Shown here: positions 61,874-64,000 of the stretch, piece by piece
How positions within the stretch are numbered: position 1 is the first letter of the stretch
How the letters are laid out: each line of letters starts with the position of its first letter
From: a virus
Taxonomy: Duplodnaviria > Caudoviricetes
IMG/VR virus record: IMGVR_UViG_2786546892_000007
DNA length: 64,000 nucleotides
Reading direction: 5' to 3' (one strand)
Translations under genes and position numbers: made by a program
Notes under the pieces: model-generated
Databases searched by the model: none
What the model was told of the DNA's origin: nothing
Seen by the model: only the letters and a program-made list of their open reading frames with translations

Positions 61874-62145
61874 CGTTGGCTTTCACATCGCTCGGTAAGT
61901 CGCCGCTCTTGGGGAAAGCTGGAATCGATCAGGCCATCTCGTTTAAACGCCAACTCCGATCCGTGCTGCCGTTCATCGACGGGGCTTCGGCCATGATCGT
62001 TACGGATGCCGACCGGCAAACGTGTGAAGTGAGGGCGGTTTACGACCGGGGGGATAAATACGCGGTGGCGTGGGCGGAAAAAGCTGCTGAAGTTTCACCG
62101 GAAATATGGGGGACGATGGCGAAAAGAAGAAGGGAAAGGGAGTAA
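61870..62145 (+). CDS. Hypothetical protein
   Basis: GTGA overlap. Confidence 0.5.
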   Translation: MTLAFTSLGKSPLLGKAGIDQAISFKRQLRSVLPFIDGASAMIVTDADRQTCEVRAVYDRGDKYAVAWAEKAAEVSPEIWGTMAKRRRERE

Positions 62146-62557
62146 GGAGTTGGGCGTCCCGGCCTTTAGCCGTCGCGTCCTGTGCGGGTTTCGTCGCTAC
62201 GCGACCGCTTCGCGCCGCTCCGGCCGCTGACGCGGAGTTTTACGGCACGGCAGTTGCCTATGGTTCTCTTGCCGGAAACCTGGGATTCACGGGTTAGGTT
62301 AAACTGTTACCCTTGGGTTAATAAACATGACTACCGACACCGATTTACAGCGCATGATGGACGACGGTTGCCCGAATTTCCAGATCGAGGATTTCCAGCC
62401 GTATAACCTTGCTGAACTCCTGGCCAAGTTTGAAATCGTTTAGAAATCCAGCAAGTAATCGTATCCAATCGTAGACAATGACCGGAGCCTACGCGAACCC
62501 GCTAATCAAGCGGAAACTCGCGTAGGCTCTGATTCATTTACCAGGGCGGAGGCCGTG

Positions 62558-64000
62558 ATGTCTCGATTCACCCGCAGGGAGGCAATAGCCCTGACGGCCG
62601 GCCTAGCCCTGACACAGCCAACCCAAGCGGGCGCACGCAATAATACGGCCCTTGTCCGGCTATCCGTCTTGGAGGACGAGGTATTCGCACCAACAGAAGT
62701 TGGGAACTTGGTTGCTCGGCCATACGACAAGATCACCCGTGTCGGTGAACTCGGGCGTGTGCCAGCTTCCGAGTTCGCAGGGGCGGATTTTCTCACGTAC
62801 TTCAAGGATTCCATCAGCGAACATGCGACACGGCTCGGAAATTCCCCGGTCGTGATTATGGTTCACGGCTTCATGGCAGACCCACGCGAGGACATCCGCC
62901 CCGAGGCACCCCAGCGAACCAACAACCCCCACGACTTTTGTTACCACTACTCGGCCGGCCCAGGCCCTTACTGGCGGCACACCGCAAGCTGGCCGCGCGG
63001 GCTGGGCTTCACCGAAGGTGACGACGGTACTGCAGGGCTGGGAATCGCGTTCGGCTGGAACAGCACTCCTGATCTCGTCACCCAAGGACTCGGGGCAACG
63101 CTCACGGCCGCCCGCAAAAAACTTTCCCGGGCGGACCTGCTCACGGTGCCGATCGACCTTCTAGAACTTGCTTCTACGACACCCGCGATCGTGGCGGCGG
63201 CCAAGGCGATACCCGTGCCCATGAGCATCGAACGGGTGCGTCAAGGGATCGAACGCCTGGATGAACTCCTCACCGCCGTGGAAGAACCCCTGGCCAAATT
63301 GGGGGACCGTCTTCCGGACCTCTACCGGCAGCCGTACCAGCGAGCCGATCTCGCGGCCTGGGTGCTGGTCAACGTCGTTCGGGCCGTATCGTTCGCCCTT
63401 CCGGGCCGTACCGTCGACTTGTTCTGCCACAGCCTCGGCTCCCGTGTGGTCATTCAGGCGCTTCATCAGATGGCGGTGGAAGCCCACAAGCCCGGCAAGG
63501 GCGAGTTGAAGGCATTGTTGGGTCGCATCGGCCGAATCATCATCGTGGGCGGCGCGGAGTACACCACACCAACGAAGCAGATGCTCGCCGAAGTCCGAAA
63601 GGTCGGCCCGGCGCCATCGTTCTACAACTTCATGGCGCGCCGGGATCGCATCCTCGCGTTGCTGGCGCAACGGTTCCATCCCGTCGATCTCAGGTTGCGG
63701 CGCGTCGTGGGGCTCTACGGGCTCACGCCCGGGGAACAAGACCCGAATTGGCTGGACCTACAAATCGACTCCAATTCCGATGCGACACATCCTCTCAACG
63801 ACTGGCTGCGGCCGCGCGGGATGTCGGTCTCGGGAGCCCACCTGACGGGCGTACTGAACCACTGGCATTACTTCACGGACGAGAAGAACATGCAGGTGTT
63901 CAAGGCGATCCTGCGGGACCGAAAGGCGTGGGACATCGCGCGGCTCCGCAAGGAGGGGATTCCCGAACGGGAGGGTGTCATTTGGCCGTCCGAGGGATAA
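62558..64000 (+). CDS. Tat-signal alpha/beta hydrolase (DUF900-like)
   Basis: SRFTRREA twin-Arg signal, VHGF, CHSLG nucleophile elbow, DRIL, NHWHY. Confidence 0.8.
   Translation: MSRFTRREAIALTAGLALTQPTQAGARNNTALVRLSVLEDEVFAPTEVGNLVARPYDKITRVGELGRVPASEFAGADFLTYFKDSISEHATRLGNSPVVIMVHGFMADPREDIRPEAPQRTNNPHDFCYHYSAGPGPYWRHTASWPRGLGFTEGDDGTAGLGIAFGWNSTPDLVTQGLGATLTAARKKLSRADLLTVPIDLLELASTTPAIVAAAKAIPVPMSIERVRQGIERLDELLTAVEEPLAKLGDRLPDLYRQPYQRADLAAWVLVNVVRAVSFALPGRTVDLFCHSLGSRVVIQALHQMAVEAHKPGKGELKALLGRIGRIIIVGGAEYTTPTKQMLAEVRKVGPAPSFYNFMARRDRILALLAQRFHPVDLRLRRVVGLYGLTPGEQDPNWLDLQIDSNSDATHPLNDWLRPRGMSVSGAHLTGVLNHWHYFTDEKNMQVFKAILRDRKAWDIARLRKEGIPEREGVIWPSEG

Noticed and set aside
62150-62300. Palindromic GC-rich tract as island end
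   Set aside because: No tRNA-Phe core copy or other boundary evidence

Overview
GC-rich window with two adjacent integrated elements meeting at a 3' fragment of tRNA-Phe (38129-38173). (1) 1-38173: right-hand part of a contractile-tailed prophage. It has early and replication genes, terS/terL, DUF1073 portal, DUF2213 protease/scaffold, DUF2184 capsid, DUF3383 sheath, tube, baseplate, fibres and a GH24 lysis module. Extras include three free-standing homing endonucleases, a T4 Imm-like moron and a Tad2-like gene. Three structural genes each lack one base in a homopolymer. Near the prophage end is a 2.3-kb IS1595 transporter element. Its cargo is a promoter-driven unit: a Leu-bodied tRNA with a UUA (stop-reading) anticodon, a coiled-coil/winged-helix gene, and an Arg-bodied tRNA-like gene with an ACU anticodon. 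This is the most unusual thing in the window. (2) From 38324: a second element with tyrosine integrase and Xis, phage-like genes hit by three ISs (unclassified, IS66, IS5; all with target duplications), a VirD4/ParB module, stress-type cargo, XRE/J-domain genes and a Tat-signal alpha/beta hydrolase. All family names come from motif recognition by eye, not database searches.
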